In this document: positions 7,963 through 16,998 of the stretch, in pieces
How the letters are laid out: the number at the start of each line of letters is the position of its first letter
How positions within the stretch are numbered: the first letter of the stretch is position 1
UHGV virus genome: UHGV-0212009
Reading direction: 5' to 3' (one strand)
Source of the DNA: a virus
DNA: 64,000 bases
The notes under the pieces: model-generated
Database searches by the model: none
What the model was told of the DNA's origin: nothing
The model's input: only the letters and a program-made list of their open reading frames with translations
Translations under genes and position numbers: made by a program

Positions 7963-8653
7963 CAGTTTCGCTTCTGTGCCCGAGAACGCGAAGAAACCCA
8001 TTACAGCGGGGAAGCTTAAGGGAAAGACGGACATCAATCCTATGTGGCGAATCAGAACCCTTACAGAGACTTTTGGGCCGTGTGGTTTTGGCTGGACGAC
8101 AAGGATTGTTGAGCACTGGGTGGAACAAGACGGCAATGAATCAGCCGCATGGGTGAGAATTGAGCTTCGTGTAAAGTTTGAAGACAAATGGTCAGAGCCT
8201 ATCGAGGGTATCGGCGGCTCGAAGCAGTTTGGCAAAGGAATGGGCGACGGGATTAACGACGAAGCGTTCAAAATGGCGGAAACAGATGCCATATCTGTGG
8301 CTTGTAAAAAACTCGGTATAGGAGCCGATGTGTACTGGCAAGCAAATGAAACCAAGTATAATCAGCCTGCTAATGACGATTATGCAGGTCGGAACACGAC
8401 ACGGACGCGGACAAAGTCACAGCCGCAGCCGGAAAAACAATGCCTGGTAAAGGAGATGTTGGACGGTGGGGCTTTGCAGCCGCTAGAGGATTGGCTGGTG
8501 GCTCAATACGACAACCAAAAGGCGGATATTCCGCAGGAAGCCATACAGGCATTACATGACCAGTATCTATGGGATACGGAGGACACTTTCAAATCTCTGG
8601 TGCTGGCCGCTCAGAAGAAAGCATTTGTGCAGGACCTTAATACAAAACAATAA
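7940..8653 (+). CDS. Single-strand annealing recombinase, Rad52/Sak-like
   Basis: INPMWRIRTLTETFGPCGFGW and EAFKMAETDAISVACKKLGIGADVY motifs; next to SSB. Confidence 0.8.
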   Translation: MNNLDWYNSFASVPENAKKPITAGKLKGKTDINPMWRIRTLTETFGPCGFGWTTRIVEHWVEQDGNESAAWVRIELRVKFEDKWSEPIEGIGGSKQFGKGMGDGINDEAFKMAETDAISVACKKLGIGADVYWQANETKYNQPANDDYAGRNTTRTRTKSQPQPEKQCLVKEMLDGGALQPLEDWLVAQYDNQKADIPQEAIQALHDQYLWDTEDTFKSLVLAAQKKAFVQDLNTKQ

Positions 8654-8659
8654 TTGAAT

Positions 8660-9283
8660 ATGGAAAGTTTTTATCAGATTGCCGGACGTGCCGGCGAAAT
8701 CAGTGAGCGCATTGACGCTCTGAATGCGCAACTTGACGCAATGTACGAGGAGAACGAGGGAGAAATTACTGAGGACACAGAAGCAATGGAGGAAGCCAAG
8801 GACGAACTTGAGGACCTCAAGAAAGAGTGCCTGGCGACTATCGTGGACAATTCTGACGCGTACGCAGAGATTGCTCTTGACAAGATGTCTCAAAAGAAAG
8901 TTCTTGAAGCCGAGCTCAAAGCGGTCAAAGAGGAACAGAAGAAGGTCATTGACCGGATCCAGGCAAGGATTAATCGAGTGGATCGCTCCATTGACTTCTG
9001 GAAGCAAAATTTTGACGAGGCTATGCGTTTGGCCGACATGACTCGAATAGGAGGCGCCAGGACCGATAAGAAGCATTCTGTGTACTACACCACCACCACG
9101 AGCGTAGAAGCGGACGAGGAACGGCTTATAGAGCCTTTTGAGGACATTATCAATGCGTATCGCGCATCTGTCCCGAATTACCTCATTCTTGACGTCAGAA
9201 TCAATAAGACTGAGCTCAAACGGCAGGAGAAGATGCCTGAGGGAGCGGCGTTAATCAACAAGAGAAATATCAACATTAAATAA
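8660..9283 (+). CDS. Siphovirus Gp157-like coiled-coil protein
   Basis: Acidic coiled coil, C-terminal INKTELK...PEGAALI...NINIK. Confidence 0.65.
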   Translation: MESFYQIAGRAGEISERIDALNAQLDAMYEENEGEITEDTEAMEEAKDELEDLKKECLATIVDNSDAYAEIALDKMSQKKVLEAELKAVKEEQKKVIDRIQARINRVDRSIDFWKQNFDEAMRLADMTRIGGARTDKKHSVYYTTTTSVEADEERLIEPFEDIINAYRASVPNYLILDVRINKTELKRQEKMPEGAALINKRNINIK

Positions 9284-9292
9284 CAAATTACT

Positions 9293-9898
9293 ATGGCATA
9301 TCTTAATAAAGTTGCACTTATCGGCAATCTTGGTCGTGAACCGGAAGTCAGAGTCATGCAGGACGGGAACAAATTTGCGTCTGTATCGTTAGCGACCACC
9401 AAGAAATTTACAGATCGCAACAATCAAGCAAGGGAGCAGACCACATGGCATAACCTTGTCTTCAGCGGCAATATTGTAGATGTTTTGCAGTTCTGCCATT
9501 CAGGTGACATGATTTATGTTGACGGCGAGTATGTCAGCAGGCAATATACCAACAAAGACAACGTGCAGGTGACTGTCTTTGAGGTGAGGGTTCAGAATCT
9601 GCAAATGCTTTTCTCGAGGCCACAGCGCACAGCTCCGCAGCCAACAATGCAGCCAGCTCCACAGCCCTATTTGCAGGCCGCTCAACAGTTACAGGCACAG
9701 CCAATGCCACAGTCAATGCCACAGCCAATGCCTCAGCCTATCTATATACCTCAGCGTCCGGCTCCACAGCCGACTCCACAGCCGGCAGCGTTTCCGACAA
9801 CGCACACGGAGTATGTCCATCAGTTAAGGGGCAATATTGCAGCCGTGGCCGCTCAGCAGCAGAATAATTCTGATAATTCTGATGATCTGCCGTTTTAA
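9293..9898 (+). CDS. ssb: Single-stranded DNA-binding protein
   Basis: LNKVALIGNLGREPEVR, TTWH, C-terminal DDLPF; long Q/P linker. Confidence 0.95.
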   Translation: MAYLNKVALIGNLGREPEVRVMQDGNKFASVSLATTKKFTDRNNQAREQTTWHNLVFSGNIVDVLQFCHSGDMIYVDGEYVSRQYTNKDNVQVTVFEVRVQNLQMLFSRPQRTAPQPTMQPAPQPYLQAAQQLQAQPMPQSMPQPMPQPIYIPQRPAPQPTPQPAAFPTTHTEYVHQLRGNIAAVAAQQQNNSDNSDDLPF

Positions 9899-10329
9899 TG
9901 AAGATTAATCTAGTCAATACCGCGTCAGGTTTCTTCATCCCGGAGACGGACGAAGATTATAGAAATAAGCTTCACCTCAAGGTTGGAGAAACCTACTGCG
10001 CGGAGTTTAGACTGGTTCGTAATGCCGACTTTCATCGGAAGTATTTCAAGATGATTGCCGTGGCATGGGAACTCATCCCGGAGACTTTACAGTCTTATTT
10101 CCGAAATTCCGAAGGCTTGCGCAAATACGCAGAGGTTGCCGCAGGGTACTGCGAACCGTTCTTTTCTCCGACCCGGGGAGAATGGTTGGAAGCCCCGAAA
10201 AGCATCGCATTTGACAAGCTTGGGCAGGCGGAGTTCGAGGACCTGTACGTTAACGTACGAACCATTCTGGACGCTATAGTGACCAGATATGTATCACAAG
10301 AAGAGTTTATGAGATTATTGCAATTTTAG
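9898..10329 (+). CDS. DUF1367-like phage protein
   Basis: RNADFHRKYF and PKSIAFDKL...EFEDLY motifs. Confidence 0.7.
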   Translation: MKINLVNTASGFFIPETDEDYRNKLHLKVGETYCAEFRLVRNADFHRKYFKMIAVAWELIPETLQSYFRNSEGLRKYAEVAAGYCEPFFSPTRGEWLEAPKSIAFDKLGQAEFEDLYVNVRTILDAIVTRYVSQEEFMRLLQF

Positions 10330-10334
10330 GGCTT

Positions 10335-11249
10335 ATGGCAACATACATGAAAGAAACCAGCTATATCATTATTCAGGGGTGGATGCGTACCCGGCTGAGA
10401 TTGACAGGAAATGACCTCATCTGTTTCGCGCTGATTTATGGATTTTCGCAGGACGGTGAAAGCGTCTTTACCGGCTCACTGAAGTATATTCAGGAGGCCA
10501 TTGGCGTGGCTACGCGGCAGTCAGTATTAAACATCCTTGCAAGGCTGGAAGCAAAGGGGCTTATTGTCAGGAATACGGACATATTCAATGGAGTTAAAAT
10601 AACTTCTTACAAGGCTTATTCCGAACCGCAAAACGAGGATGCTCAAAATTTAGACACCCAGTCTAAAAATTATGAGGAGGTAGTCCAAAATTTAGACGGG
10701 GGTAGTCTAAATTTTAGACATAATAATCTAAATAATAATCTAGATAATATAAAAGAAAGAACCCCTAAAGGGGTTCCAAAGAAAAGCCAAAATTTGCAGG
10801 AGAGAATTGAAATTGAAAAAGAGAATTTCCGCAAGGAGTTAGAGCCTTTCAGAGGCAGGTACACCGATGACATGCTGGAGAACTTTATCGGATATTGGTG
10901 CGAACCGTACAGGAACCCTATTGGCAATAAGCTCCTACGGTGGCAAGGCGAAAAAACGTGGGACTTGTCAAGGCGGCTGGTTACCTGGGCGAGAGTGGAG
11001 GCCGAAAGACGACAGAGACAAAGACCGCAGATAAGCAGTCCTCGTCCACTGCCGACCATTGCCGACTGTAAATTCTTGCAAGAAGATGGAGATTCTGCAA
11101 GTTTGCCGCCAATAGATCCAAATTCAGACTACGCCTATATGGTCAAAAAGCGACAAAATACGAAAGCCGCCCTGGAGCGATCCAAAAATTTGGCAAGCGG
11201 GAATAATAGTGACGGCTTAACGATTTTGACGCATGATAACAACAGGTGA
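10335..11249 (+). CDS. Replication initiator (winged HTH)
   Basis: N-terminal HTH, internal iterons, C-terminal FIGYWCE...TWDLSRRLVTW. Confidence 0.8.
   Translation: MATYMKETSYIIIQGWMRTRLRLTGNDLICFALIYGFSQDGESVFTGSLKYIQEAIGVATRQSVLNILARLEAKGLIVRNTDIFNGVKITSYKAYSEPQNEDAQNLDTQSKNYEEVVQNLDGGSLNFRHNNLNNNLDNIKERTPKGVPKKSQNLQERIEIEKENFRKELEPFRGRYTDDMLENFIGYWCEPYRNPIGNKLLRWQGEKTWDLSRRLVTWARVEAERRQRQRPQISSPRPLPTIADCKFLQEDGDSASLPPIDPNSDYAYMVKKRQNTKAALERSKNLASGNNSDGLTILTHDNNR
10641..10752. repeat. Iterons / probable origin
   Basis: Four GTC(T/C)AAAATTTAGAC-like palindromic units at 10641, 10661, 10683 and 10705, then AT-rich TAATAATCTA repeats. Confidence 0.75.
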
Positions 11250-11982
11250 AATCGTATCGGCACTTAATGGCAGAATATTATCGTCCATGTCTCCTCAAGA
11301 GCGGAGAGCAACACTTGATCAGATTGCACGAAGTACGCTGGCGTTGTCCGGCTATACCATTGCTGACGGTCTAGAAGATTTGGCGACACCTATTGCGGGG
11401 TTTCTTCGTAACAGAGTTTTTGAGAGGTATCCGAATCTCCGGGATAAAGAAATCGAGCTCGCTCTTCAAGCCGGTGTTATGGGTGAATGGACGAAAACGC
11501 GGATGCCGACAGCCGCAAATGTAGGCGTCTGGATAGAAGCTTATATGAAATGCGATACACATCGTGATGCTTTGAGACAGGTTGCGGCGCGAGCTGGACG
11601 TTGCAAGGTGCAAGTTGGTGAACAGATACCCGAGAATATTAAAACTGAAATGAATGAGAAAGCGCGGCGCGAATCCACTCTTCAGGCGTGGGAAGACTTC
11701 AAAAGCCTTGGACGGTTGGACATCTTTTTGGATGGTTATGCAGCGATGATCTATGACTACCTCGTGAATTGCGGGATTATGAATCCGAGCCGTGAGACTA
11801 TCGAAAAGGCGTTTAAAGCATCAAGAACGAGAGCTGCCAGGAACAGGGGAGACATTTTCGCAAGGGTTGGCAGGTCCGAAGACACGGGGCACCGAGGGGA
11901 CTGGGAGACCAAACGTGAAGTATTGGCGATGTTTTTCAGGCATCTTCGTGAAAGTGGCAAAGAATTGCGGATAACTGTTTGA
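11233..11982 (+). CDS. Hypothetical replication-associated protein
   Basis: 249-aa ORF coupled to initiator. Confidence 0.65.
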   Translation: MITTGEIVSALNGRILSSMSPQERRATLDQIARSTLALSGYTIADGLEDLATPIAGFLRNRVFERYPNLRDKEIELALQAGVMGEWTKTRMPTAANVGVWIEAYMKCDTHRDALRQVAARAGRCKVQVGEQIPENIKTEMNEKARRESTLQAWEDFKSLGRLDIFLDGYAAMIYDYLVNCGIMNPSRETIEKAFKASRTRAARNRGDIFARVGRSEDTGHRGDWETKREVLAMFFRHLRESGKELRITV

Positions 11983-12037
11983 ATAGAACAATAGTTAAAA
12001 CATTACAGGAGATAGACATGAACAAGTATATATAACA

Positions 12038-12319
12038 ATGCCGCTTGCTGAATATGAAGCGATGAAAGCGCAAATAGAGGAACTCTCGCGGCGTAACGGG
12101 ACATATCTTCCAAACATTGACGAAATCGTTTTTATGCCACACAGGCTGTATGGCTACCTGATGAGACAGGGAATAGTCAATGTTGCGGATCTTGAGACAA
12201 CAAGGCTTAAAGACTGGATGTCCTTACCTGGATTCGGGAAGAAGGCTTTTTGGGAGCTTAAGAAGCTTATGGAGATGTATGGGTTGAAATTCAAAGAAGA
12301 TGAAGCGGATCAAGTGTAA
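12038..12319 (+). CDS. RNA polymerase alpha C-terminal domain-like protein
   Basis: IDEI..PHRLYGYLMRQGIVNVADL....LKDWMSLPGFGKKAFWELKKLM matches the alpha-CTD pattern. Confidence 0.8.
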   Translation: MPLAEYEAMKAQIEELSRRNGTYLPNIDEIVFMPHRLYGYLMRQGIVNVADLETTRLKDWMSLPGFGKKAFWELKKLMEMYGLKFKEDEADQV

Positions 12320-12448
12320 GTGGATTTTTCTTGACAAATGGTGTATGCGGAAGACTACGCTTTTGGGCGCCGGGTGCAGTGTAAAGTGTGATTCGAGCTG
12401 TCCGGACAGGCTTAAGCAGGCACATAAATGCAGAGATAATTCAAAGAT

Positions 12449-13048
12449 ATGAAAACAAAAGATATGAAGACAAAAGAGCAGATTTTGAAATGGCTGAACG
12501 AGCAGCCGTGGAAATGTGAATTTTACGAGGAGACATTTATTAATCGTCTGGGCGCGGTGGTTTCTTATAATGAGGATTTCATTATTGACGCGTTCTGCTG
12601 GACTTCCACAAAATCGGGGGCAACCGTCTGGGCAAAGCGCAACACGGATTTTCGCAGTTGGTATGATGCTAACGATAGACCGATGTCGTGGGAGGAGTAC
12701 TGCGAGCAAAATCCAATTAAGGAGGGGGCGTACTATCTTGACGGGATTTGTCGGCTTCAACAGGCAGGCCCGCGTAATAAAAATGAGATTACTGATATCA
12801 ATGTAATGTCAAAAGACCTTTGCGAAGCGTTTCTTGCGTATATGAAACTTATTCAGCTTCGCAATGCTTGGGTGAAAGACTGCGACAAAACAGGCTGCTG
12901 TTTCAGGATATTGACCGAAAAGGATAGTATAGTGCATAAAACGTGTATATTTTGCACGAGAGGACTTTCATTTCCAACGACCGCTATGGCGGATGAATTT
13001 GTGGAGACTTTCAATGACCTTTTAGAGGTTGCAAAACCGTTGATATAG
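12449..13048 (+). CDS. Hypothetical protein (paralogue of 19073-19657)
   Basis: MKTKEQILKWL...AFLAYMKLIQLRNAW...TFNDLLEVAKPL. Confidence 0.8.
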   Translation: MKTKDMKTKEQILKWLNEQPWKCEFYEETFINRLGAVVSYNEDFIIDAFCWTSTKSGATVWAKRNTDFRSWYDANDRPMSWEEYCEQNPIKEGAYYLDGICRLQQAGPRNKNEITDINVMSKDLCEAFLAYMKLIQLRNAWVKDCDKTGCCFRILTEKDSIVHKTCIFCTRGLSFPTTAMADEFVETFNDLLEVAKPLI

Positions 13049-13055
13049 TATAAAA

Positions 13056-13646
13056 ATGAAGATTGAAATTCCTAATGGCTACAAGGCCGAATGGGTGAAC
13101 GGCATTCTGACGCTGGTTCCAAACGAGAAAGAAGACCTCCGCCCTGTGACGGAGAGAGTGAAGACTTTTATAGACGCTTGCGCTGAGCTTGGCGAGGACC
13201 ATCCTTTATGTGTCCAATCTCGTGAGATTTACGATAATTTCCTTTTTGAGGGGGGCGATGCCGTTGCAGATATTGTCGCATACCTGAAACTTCGCATCAT
13301 TACAGCAGCTTTGAACGAGGGTTGGATCCCAGGGCAGTTTAATAAGGAACTTAGGTATTATCCTCGATTTGAGTTATACGACGAAAATGGCTGGGAGACC
13401 TTAACTGAAGATATAAGACGTGAGCGAGGTCTTCTCTTGAGCGGTGATGAGATTCATGGTGTTGTCGTGAACGCCGTCTGCGATTACATGAGATTCTCCC
13501 CTCCGTGTTCGTTTGCGTACGCAAGCGCTCACCTTTGCTTTAAGAGCGGTGAACTTGCAGTATATGCCGGCAAGCAGTTCGCATCCTTATGGCTTGACTT
13601 ATACTACCACCCGAACACCAAATGCGAACCTTATAGCAACGAATAA
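13056..13646 (+). CDS. Hypothetical protein (paralogue of 19833-20396)
   Basis: LRIITAALNEGW...LCFKSGELAVYAGKQF. Confidence 0.8.
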   Translation: MKIEIPNGYKAEWVNGILTLVPNEKEDLRPVTERVKTFIDACAELGEDHPLCVQSREIYDNFLFEGGDAVADIVAYLKLRIITAALNEGWIPGQFNKELRYYPRFELYDENGWETLTEDIRRERGLLLSGDEIHGVVVNAVCDYMRFSPPCSFAYASAHLCFKSGELAVYAGKQFASLWLDLYYHPNTKCEPYSNE

Positions 13647-13699
13647 TTATTCAGTGATAATACTAGGGCTAACACAGATGTAATTCAAAGTTGTAGGTT

Positions 13700-14590
13700 A
13701 TGATGAATATTCGAGTGTTTACGGCTTTCTCCGGATATGACTCTCAATGCATGGCATTGCAGAGAGTCGCCGAGTGTCATCCTGATTTTCGCTTCGATCT
13801 GGTAGGCTGGAGCGAGATTGATCCGAATGCCATTAAGGCACATAATGCAGCCTTTCCGCAATGGGCGGAGCGTAATTTCGGAGACATCACAAAAATAGAC
13901 TGGGACACAGTTCCGGACTTTGATTTGTTTACGTATTCAAGTCCGTGTCAAGACTTCAGTCTTGCCGGAGTTCAGAGAGGAGGGGAAGAAGGAAGCGGAA
14001 CGCGTAGCTCTCTTTTATGGGAATGTCGCAAAGCCATTCTCGCAAAACGCCCGAAGTATATGATCTTTGAAAATGTGGCTAATCTCGTAAGCGAGAAATT
14101 TATCCACACGTTTCGAGCGTGGGAACAAGAACTAGCATCATATGGTTATTCGAATTATTGCAAATGCCTCAATGCGAAGAATTACGGAGTGCCGCAGAAT
14201 CGCAATCGAGTCTTTCTTATCTCATTCCTTACAGGTCAGATATTTAACTTTCCGAAGCCTATCAAATTGGAGAAGCGGCTGAAGGATGTTCTCGAAACGG
14301 AAGTCTCGGAACGCTACTATCTTCCGGATGAAGTTGTTGCCCGGATGTTGGATAATGCTTCCGGACTATTATCCCCACCAGAAGCAGGTATGCCGAAGAT
14401 CCTTATTGAAAGTGAAGACGAATTTAAGAACATAGGGGGCAGACGGATAGGTCCATTAAACGTATATCAGGGCGGAGTATGTCGGACGATAAAAGCTCAA
14501 TATGGGAAGAACTCGCTTAACAACTTTACAAGGGCAGACAATTTCGGCGCAACGGCGGTCATTGAGATGGATTTAGATGATGGAAACTGA
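13700..14590 (+). CDS. DNA cytosine-5 methyltransferase, N-terminal part (motifs I-VIII)
   Basis: FSGYDSQ, SPCQDFS, ENV, PQNRNRVF. Confidence 0.9.
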   Translation: MMNIRVFTAFSGYDSQCMALQRVAECHPDFRFDLVGWSEIDPNAIKAHNAAFPQWAERNFGDITKIDWDTVPDFDLFTYSSPCQDFSLAGVQRGGEEGSGTRSSLLWECRKAILAKRPKYMIFENVANLVSEKFIHTFRAWEQELASYGYSNYCKCLNAKNYGVPQNRNRVFLISFLTGQIFNFPKPIKLEKRLKDVLETEVSERYYLPDEVVARMLDNASGLLSPPEAGMPKILIESEDEFKNIGGRRIGPLNVYQGGVCRTIKAQYGKNSLNNFTRADNFGATAVIEMDLDDGN

Positions 14591-15158
14591 TATAACAATT
14601 TGCATAAACTCGAAGGTTAACGGTAAGCAGCCGTCACTTGAGCATCGTATCTATTCAATAGAGGGCGTCGCTCCGGCGCTCACAACTGGCTTTCATTATT
14701 TAATAAGCATATATGAAGAATGCGTGGCAGAAGCATGGAAAAACTCAGAATTAGGGAAGCATCGAGCAAAGGATATGCGGAAGTCCGAATCGGCGGAGTG
14801 TTCGATGCTTCTTATCCCTAAAAGCAAAACAAGAAGAGGAAGAGTACAGGAAGGCGGAGAAGTTGCTCCGACGCTGACTACAAAGAACAATAATAGATTA
14901 TTAAGATACGAAGGACTTGACAAAGATATGAGATTAAGAATAAGGAGACTTACCGAAAGAGAATCGTTTAGGCTTATGGGAGTACGAGACTCCGACATAG
15001 ATAAGATTCAAGCATACGAAGATCCAGGAGTGAAGAAAAGCAAGATTTCTTCTACGGCACAATATGCTCTTGCCGGAAATTCTATTGTTGTGGATGTGCT
15101 GGCAGCAATCATGGAAAACATGTTCTATCCAGTTGTTGACTCCAATCTCCTTTTTTAA
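14577..15158 (+). CDS. DNA cytosine-5 methyltransferase, C-terminal part (TRD, motifs IX-X)
   Basis: RRLTERESFRLMG, YALAGNSIVV. Confidence 0.85.
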   Translation: MMETDITICINSKVNGKQPSLEHRIYSIEGVAPALTTGFHYLISIYEECVAEAWKNSELGKHRAKDMRKSESAECSMLLIPKSKTRRGRVQEGGEVAPTLTTKNNNRLLRYEGLDKDMRLRIRRLTERESFRLMGVRDSDIDKIQAYEDPGVKKSKISSTAQYALAGNSIVVDVLAAIMENMFYPVVDSNLLF

Positions 15159-15168
15159 AAATTAGGTT

Positions 15169-15792
15169 ATGACAAACACAGAGTTAATAGAGCCGTATTT
15201 CAAATCAATAGGTTTGAAGTTTATAGCCGGGAATAAGGATTCCATAGAGCCGGTTGCCGTATTTGTCTTACAGGATTACATCTACCAGGTGTTTAATAGG
15301 GACATTAAGAACATTCCTTTGAAGTTTCAAGCGAAGAAGATGCAGACTGATTGGCATAAGGCTAATGTGCAGCAGTTTACCAAGTTCTTTAATAGGCTTG
15401 ATGAGGAACGTAGGGACCGGATAATAAGCCTCATGGATGATTTTGAGACCTCTCTGCATAACGATATAGAGATGATGCGATTGAAGGTGCTTGATTGCTT
15501 GCCTGTCGAGGACGAAGATGTCCAGAAGGCAGTGGCGTCTTTGCAGCTGTGCAATATCCTTGCACAAATATCGCAGATGCACTGGGAGGGAATAGTCAAG
15601 GGAAGTCGTTTTTTGTCCGTGAAGCAGCACTATAACGACGCTGTAAGGCGATACTCATGCATGTTATCTGCCGGTCTCTTCGGTGGCGCTGGAGGTAAGG
15701 AAATCAATCATAAGGCCGAAAATGAGCTTCTTGGGTTTATTCGGAATTTTGAAAATAAGTTTGTGAAATGGATGACAGAAAAAAGTTGTTGA
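15169..15792 (+). CDS. Hypothetical protein
   Basis: 207-aa ORF in operon. Confidence 0.75.
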   Translation: MTNTELIEPYFKSIGLKFIAGNKDSIEPVAVFVLQDYIYQVFNRDIKNIPLKFQAKKMQTDWHKANVQQFTKFFNRLDEERRDRIISLMDDFETSLHNDIEMMRLKVLDCLPVEDEDVQKAVASLQLCNILAQISQMHWEGIVKGSRFLSVKQHYNDAVRRYSCMLSAGLFGGAGGKEINHKAENELLGFIRNFENKFVKWMTEKSC

Positions 15793-15819
15793 TTTTCTTG
15801 TAGAAAGTAACTAACTTTG
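15789..15819 (+). promoter_or_regulatory. Promoter upstream of ncRNA array
   Basis: TTG-N20-TAACTTTG. Confidence 0.7.
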
Positions 15820-15938
15820 CGTGTGTTCTTTCTATAACATTTATTGGTTTGTTTTTATGCGGTGACGCAGCCTGAACGGCATCTGTTGGAATTGTTAGCA
15901 GCCGGAGAGGGCTTCCTGGAGACAACCAGGAGTAAAAA

Positions 15939-15999
15939 GAGCGGAGTGGCACAGATGGCTACTGCTTTAGTTCGCGGGTTCGAGTCCCGCCTCCGCTCC
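15939..15999 (+). ncRNA. tRNA-like element 1 (no anticodon arm)
   Basis: GAGCGGAG/CTCCGCTC stem, D-like arm, 7-nt linker, T arm GCGGG-TTCGAGT-CCCGC. Confidence 0.7.
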
Positions 16000-16111
16000 G
16001 GTCTCGCGCGGTGACGCGATGCAACGGTGGCAGTAACTTTTATTTAGGTGATAGTGCTTGTTTCAGACTACCGGATAGCATTCCTGAGAGATAACTCAGG
16101 GCGAGACGACA

Positions 16112-16184
16112 CAGTGGTAATGGTTGACTGTCTTTTTGTTGATTTTTTCGGGCAGCTCGGGGTTCGATTCCCCGGCCACTACAA
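16112..16184 (+). ncRNA. tRNA-like element 2
   Basis: AGTGGT/GCCACT stem, CTGTC/GGCAG stem with U-rich loop, T arm CGGGG-TTCGATT-CCCCG. Confidence 0.65.
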
Positions 16185-16206
16185 CGACGCTGCGATAGCG
16201 TCTGGA

Positions 16207-16273
16207 GAGCCTGAAAGGCGGCGCCTTAGCCACGACTGTTATTTCCCGGGTTCGACTCCCGGCAGGCTTGCAA
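16207..16273 (+). ncRNA. tRNA-like element 3
   Basis: GAGCCTG/CAGGCTT stem, T arm CCGGG-TTCGACT-CCCGG. Confidence 0.7.
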
Positions 16274-16304
16274 GATTAGATATAGACGCTGCGATAGTGT
16301 CACA

Positions 16305-16386
16305 GGCGGGAATGGACCCTTTTTGGAGAGGATCAGTGTCACATGTTATTGGTTTTTTAGCGGTTCGATTCCGCTACCCGCCCCAA
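16305..16386 (+). ncRNA. tRNA-like element 4
   Basis: GGCGGG/CCCGCC stem, T arm TAGCGG-TTCGATT-CCGCTA, U-rich middle. Confidence 0.7.
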
Positions 16387-16454
16387 AACGCAGAGATGCG
16401 GCATCCGGACAAAGTAGTCCTGAATATATGGTTTAAATTTTTATGTCCGGCACA

Positions 16455-16550
16455 TGACGAGGTATGCTTACGAGGATACGCTATTGACTTTGGGGGCGGT
16501 TTGCTTCATAGCGGATAATCCTTTCCGGTTGGATCCTGGACTCGTCGCAA
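16455..16550 (+). ncRNA. tRNA-like element 5 (degenerate T loop)
   Basis: TGACGAG/CTCGTCG stem, long internal AGGAT-CGCTAT/ATAGCG-ATCCT arm, TCCGG-TTGGATC-CTGGA. Confidence 0.55.
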
Positions 16551-16569
16551 AATCAAAACAATAAATATT

Positions 16570-16998
16570 ATGGATAAGTGTAAAAAAGAAGGGACAATAA
16601 GAAATCTATTGTATGATATTAATTCATGTATAGATAAGATTGTTATGGCAAGGATTGAGGGGAATGTCTCGGCTGAGGCTAAAGCATTGATTCGCACGAA
16701 AGCGCGTATAGTTGAAACACTAGAAGATTTAATGGTCACATGCGATCCGTTAGATGTGATCCAAAAAACTTCCAAAGACGAAGAGTCTATTCCTTCTGAT
16801 GTTAAAGAACAAGCGACAGAGGCAGCGATACTAACGGCTTGCTCTGAATTCAAGAGATTCTGTGATACGATGATAGACTGTAGTGCAAACTCAGACAAAT
16901 CGGTTCCTGAAGTTTTTAAACATAAGAAATATTGGTTTGAATCTTTTGAACGCGAGTTAAGAAATAAATTACAGGCACATCAGCCTATGCAAGGATAA
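16570..16998 (+). CDS. Hypothetical protein
   Basis: 142-aa ORF with A-rich leader. Confidence 0.65.
   Translation: MDKCKKEGTIRNLLYDINSCIDKIVMARIEGNVSAEAKALIRTKARIVETLEDLMVTCDPLDVIQKTSKDEESIPSDVKEQATEAAILTACSEFKRFCDTMIDCSANSDKSVPEVFKHKKYWFESFERELRNKLQAHQPMQG

Noticed and set aside
9620..9790. CCACAGCC-type repeats in ssb
   Set aside because: Explained by the Gln/Pro-rich linker
16048..16518. 156-aa ORF over the array
   Set aside because: GTG start, no recognisable protein features, and the sequence is explained by RNA stems
15939..16550. Canonical tRNA gene calls
   Set aside because: No unit has a 5-bp stem/7-nt loop anticodon arm at the right spacing, so no anticodon can be assigned
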